A stretch of 64,000 bases of DNA from Felis catus (Eukaryota): NCBI RefSeq assembly GCF_018350175.1, contig NC_058368.1, forward strand, positions 31,498,001 to 31,562,000, read 5' to 3'. The notes beneath the pieces are model-generated. The model ran no database searches. It was not told the DNA's origin and saw only the letters and a program-made list of their open reading frames with translations. The position numbers and the translations under genes are program-made. Shown in pieces: positions 59,125 through 64,000 of this stretch (positions within the stretch are counted from its first letter, which is position 1; the number at the start of each line of letters is the position of its first letter).

Positions 59125-62100
59125 AAGTGGAATGATAAACTTTATATATGATTCAATCTATATAATGAGAATGAATAATTTCATATTGTGAAATGTTATA
59201 TTTCAAAGAACGGGAAAATTATATTGCTCATTTTCAACTATTGGCACTGAGACTCCTATCCTCTTTGCCAAATCCCACATACTTTATGTTTGCCACTGTC
59301 TATATCATACCTTTCAGTAACAAGCTCAACACATATTGGATAGGAGCTTCTAAGATCCTGAGTTTTATCTCTGTGCATAGCTTATAATTCAAATATATAG
59401 TAATATATATATGTGTTACATATATATTTGTTACATATATATGTATATTTGTTACATATATCTATGTTACATTTCTAGAGGATAGATATTATACCATGCA
59501 GTATTTCTGACACATTTTTAAACCCAGGAAGATGCTGGATGAAGCTAATAGAAAGTTCTGATTTAAGCATGTGTAAAGAGATCTTAAATTTTATGTTGAC
59601 TCATTTGTTAGTAACAACATTAAAATGTACAGAATGAAAGTCAATAGTTTGAAATTAGTCAATAAGCTATTTTTGCCTTAGTTTAGAAAAGTCTAGGAAA
59701 AAAGTTATCACAGTTGCAACCATTGCATATGTTTTGCTTGTTAAAGAACTAAACAAAGTAAACTTGTATTCATTCAAGCTTTCACTGGAATTTTTAGGCT
59801 TTGTAATCATTCTACAATGCAGAAAGCAGTCCTGATGGCATTGAATTAAGAATCCAATTTTGTTATTTTTGTTTGGGTATTTGTTTACAGATAATAGTAT
59901 AATTATGGTCATAGAATTACATATCTGTAATGAATCATACAAACTATTCCAAGTCTTCATTTGAGAGAGACATAGAGTTAGGGGTGTTAAATGTTATGTA
60001 AGACCCTACTGTATACTCACATTTCATGCTCCACAATAGAATATCAGTAGAGCAGGCTTTTCACTAAATAGTATGTATATTTAAAATGCATGGAATCTGT
60101 GTAATATCAAATTTATTGGAACAAAAAAGTAATCCATTTTCCTCCCTGTTCCTATTTTTCACCGAGCCAAAAACAAATGTAATCAGATTTTACTTTTTAT
60201 ACTTTTGTCAAATATTCTAAATACAGAATAGCATTTTTAAAACTTATAAATGCCATCAACAGTGGTTTTTCGATGGATTTTCTTCCTTCTCAATTCAAAT
60301 GATTTAATTTTGTATATGCAACTTTATTTCTGTCCAAATTCATTTTGAGTTGTTTCTTCATAGGCCCTCGTCTCCTCTGATCTGTTCATTTTAATTGGCC
60401 AAATAATCGCATCTCATTCAGCTTAGGTAATTGGTGGCTGGTCAATTACTAATATTTTACTTAAAATAATTTGAGTATTTTCAATATATTTGAGGTTTTA
60501 ACTGAAACTGTATTCAATAAAAATGAGCATTTTCTAAAAAGTACTCATACCCTAGATAGTCCAAATTAATGACAGACTATTCCTAATTCTTGGGAAAAGT
60601 AACTGAAGTGAAAGCAAAGTGGTTTGTGGCCTAAGCATAAATTGTTCAGCTGAAACCTGGGTTGCTTTAGCATACTGTAAGTTGAGTTCATGGTGGATTG
60701 GGTTAAGCTGCCTTAAGTCTGGTCCTACTTTTTAAATTTGACTTAACATAATAAGAAGTAAATGTTTTCTGCTTTGTGCTTTTAACTTTGTAAGGATTGG
60801 AAAATATCAGTGAACTTGTAGGGGGAAGACTCACCAAGCATAGCAGATCCAGGCCTCTAGACAGAAAGGCTGGAGACATCTGTAATCTGCCTGGAGACTA
60901 AACAGAAGGAAAAATATTGTCCTTCCTCTGCTCATACAGGCCCTCACTGCAGGTTGAAAGAGCATCTCCGGTGCGCACTTGTATTTAACAGGCCTTGCCC
61001 TCGTATGGTCTGTTGCCAGGAATAACAATAAACAGTAGCTCATTACACAAGGTGCCATCTCATTACATGAGGAGCTACTCTGGCGTATTAAAAACAAAAT
61101 ACTGAAAGCCTAAAAGAAAACATGACTGAAACTAAATGCAAACAACTGTGCCTTTTATTTTAGATATATTGATCCTCTACAAAAGAGTGGCATACTTAAT
61201 GAATATCCTTAATGATTTTACAGTGGGGCAAATTATCTATGAAAGGAACATGATTTAAAAAGACGGTATGATCTGGCACCCAGTGAAATCCAATATTCTT
61301 GCAAGCAACACCAAGTCACTATGTTATAATTCTCAGGGAGCAAGAAAGCTACAAAATCAGGAAGGGAAATAAAATTACTTTGTTTTAGCCATAGTTTCAA
61401 AGTCGACTAAAATGCTTACAGGGTGCCATGAAAGTATTTCCCAAACCAGCCTAATCCTGTTCTTAGTAATTACTTCCTCCCTTTCAGGCAAAATACAGTT
61501 GACAGAAAACAGCAAACTATTTTTAGGGGATTTAACAGGAATGAAGTATCATATGCAAAGAAAATTTTCATTACTTTAAATCATAACCTTTTGAGATTTT
61601 ATTTTCTGGAACCTTTTCAAATACTTAAGATATGATTGGGCTATAAAAGGTTAAGTTAGAAGGAAGACAAATCACTCAAATTCTTGAGATTGGGGTTCTG
61701 TGAATAGTGTACAGATACTCAAAGAATTTGAAAGTGAGCAAAAAAAATGAAAGTGAGCAGAGCAGAAAAAAAGTCATGAATATATAGAAATGGTTGATAC
61801 ACATTAAAGAAAAAGACATTAAGTTTGGATGAAACAAAGTAAGGTTTTGGGTTTTACAAATAAAAATGTAGGAATTTCTGTTATGTAACAAAAGTTTAGT
61901 GTATTTCTGGACACAACAGATAATGTGATTTGTATCCTTCCAGAGATGTAACTGGCCAAATAATTTTCTGCAGAGAAAAAAAAAGGCTATCACATACTTC
62001 TCTTGAAAGCCCTAATCTCTATTTTGACATTGTCTAGATTCTGTAAGAACACAGATTTAGACCACTTGTTATGGTCAAAGGACTTTCTAGTAGACCTCTA

Positions 62101-62914
62101 TCAATCCCAGTGGAGGTATCAACCCTTCTTCCTATAGAATTACTGAATTATTGCTATTATAGAATTATTCCTGTAGAAATGTGAAGATGAAAGAAATTTT
62201 AGTACGAATGCAGTTCAGCCATTTCTGTTTACAATATAAGAAAACTAACACTCGGAAGAAAAAGAAACATTTCAATAGTGGAACTTATTTAACCTTTAAA
62301 GGAACATTATGGAATTTATATTATTACCCTATTGTCAAAAATATAATGTTCAAAGTGTTTAAAAAATTTGCCATGGGTCTCTCAGCCAGATGTCAATGCA
62401 TTTCAAATTCAAACATTATAATGGATCATTTCATTCTCAAGACCACAGCAATATGAGAAAATGTAGTGGATGCAAGGTTAAACTCTCCTGATACATTTTC
62501 AGTAATTTTCAGAGCCTGTACAGGGGGATGTTTATTGCAGTAGATTAAAAAATATAATAGAAATAAATGATATATATATTATATATATCATAAAAGAAAA
62601 TAATGTATAATGTTTGAATTTTCCTCCTATCCCTACCTCATCTCATACTCTTACCTTAGTGCAGAGATAGGGAAAAAAATTGCAAAAAGTTACCTTAGTC
62701 ATAAAGAGTAAGATGTATTGTAATGGGATGTTTTTGATTACAAAGAACATCTGAGAGAGTTTTTAATTAAAATTCATTGTAATGACTAATGGAGCCATGG
62801 GAACAAGAGAGATTGTGAAGACAGGCAGTAAATTGGAGAAGGTGGTGTGGTTTACAAGAGAACTGTGCTCCTATTCAAGTTTTCCCTTTAACTTGCTCTA
62901 TGACCCTAAATAGT

Positions 62915-63457
62915 TATGGAGGACCAACCCAATGCAATAACGAAGGATTTTTAGCTCTTGTGTTTATGTCTTTGGGTAATCCTCTGCCTTTGGGGCCAGA
63001 CCAGGGGGGGTGGGGAGGGGGGAATCTGTGACTTGCTTCTAACTAACAGTATTTGCCAAAGGTGATGGGATGGATTTACACTGTATAAGATTTGGTTTTA
63101 ACAGACTGAAACAAGAGACTCTTCTTGTGGCTCAGTAAACTAAGTGGCCATGTTGGAGAATCACATGTGGCAGAGAACCATGGACAGCCTCTAAGAACAG
63201 GGGGAAAAAAAAGAAAAAATAAAACAAAACAAAACAGTGTCCTAGAAATATAGCTATGAGGAAATGAATTCTATCAACAACTTGAATGAGCTTGGGAGGA
63301 GAATCTACTCCAGTATAGCTTCTTAAGGAGAAGGCAGGCTGTGACACCCTGAGCAGAACACCCAGCTATGCTATGCCTATAGTCCTGACCTATGAAGACT
63401 GTGATATACAAAACACATTCACGGTCATTTGTTATGCAGCAACAGAAAACTAACACA
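62915..63457 (+). mobile_element. MLT1E-like MaLR LTR
   Basis: TGTGACTTGCTTCTAAC, CAAAGGTGATGGGATG, GGAAATGAATTCTATCAACAACTTGAATGAGCTTGG, and the end TTTGTTATGCAGCAACAGAAAACTAACACA. Confidence 0.88.
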
Positions 63458-63739
63458 GGGGTTTACCCTAATTTCTTTAGGACTGAGTGGAAACACTGCA
63501 TGCATTTTTAATACTTATTTTTTCTAAAATGTTTCTTGGTTGTAGGAGTCTAGAATTTAAAGGTTGTACTCTGAGAAGTCAATGCTGTCATTTAAGCAAG
63601 AAGATTGTGAGTCTGAAATAGAAATCCATGAAGGCATGTATGGTACAAGAACGAAAAAAGAAAGGGCTGAAGTTTAACTCTGTGTCACCTCCTATATGGG
63701 GTTTCTTATTTAATGACCTCTTTAAAGTAGTCTGAATAT

Positions 63740-63955
63740 GGAGTTCCTGGGTGGTTCAGTTAGTTAAGCACCCAACTTCAGCTCAGGTCATGATCTTGCA
63801 GTCCGTAAGTTCAAGCCCCACGTCAGGCTCTGTGCTGACGGCTCAGAGCCTGGAGACTGCTTCAGATTCTGTATCTCCCCCTCTCTCTGACCCTTCCTTG
63901 CTCATACTCTGTCATTCTCACTCTCAAAAATGAATAAATGTTAACAAAAATTTTT
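63740..63955 (+). mobile_element. Can-SINE (SINEC_Fc type)
   Basis: TSD AAAGTAGTCTGAA(T/C)A. Confidence 0.95.
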
Positions 63956-64000
63956 AAAGTAGTCTGAACAGTTTCTCCTGGAGCCAATAGGCAGATTTCC

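Noticed and set aside
59395..59472. Repeated TGTTACATATA units resembling a CRISPR-like or D-box array
   Set aside because: A degenerate TA-rich microsatellite with no unique spacers, in a eukaryotic context. The motif mismatches TTACATAA.
7356..63933. Recurring ORF family MAQ(S/L)V(E/K)xxTSAQVMIS... that looks like a small-protein gene family
   Set aside because: Every copy lies within a Can-SINE, and most start at GTG in the SINE head. These are repeat read-throughs.
1..64000. A novel multi-gene system (defence island, CRISPR, intact ERV or other endogenous virus)
   Set aside because: No long ORFs, no repeat-spacer array and no gag/pol/env or other viral peptides are recognisable. The content is explained by ordinary mammalian repeats and non-coding DNA.

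Overview
This is AT-rich mammalian nuclear DNA from a cat-family (felid) genome. The assignment rests on about 26 tRNA-derived Can-SINEs, several of the felid SINEC_Fc type. The window is intergenic or deep-intronic. I recognise no protein-coding gene, RNA gene, CRISPR array or CpG island. The ORF-track peptides are SINE read-throughs (MAQSVERPTSAQVMIS...), decayed L1 ORF1/ORF2 pieces, microsatellite translations or chance ORFs. A large share of the window is layered transposon debris: L2 and MIR, old L1 (including a both-ends-retained, internally deleted L1MB-like copy at 16.4-22.4 kb), ERV1/ERVL/MaLR LTRs, and hAT and Tigger DNA transposons. Between the repeats lie repeat-poor islands (about 1.2-2.9, 9.3-10.8, 37.4-38.0 and 60.0-61.7 kb) that look like possible regulatory DNA. 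I found no credible novel biological system. The best leads are a poly(A)-only insertion with a perfect 16-bp target-site duplication (TSD), closely spaced inverted SINE pairs, a young SINE without a TSD, a CpG-retaining enhancer-like island, and a few splice-site-bounded candidate exons. Repeat family names come from my recall of consensus sequences, not from a search, and boundaries of old elements are approximate.
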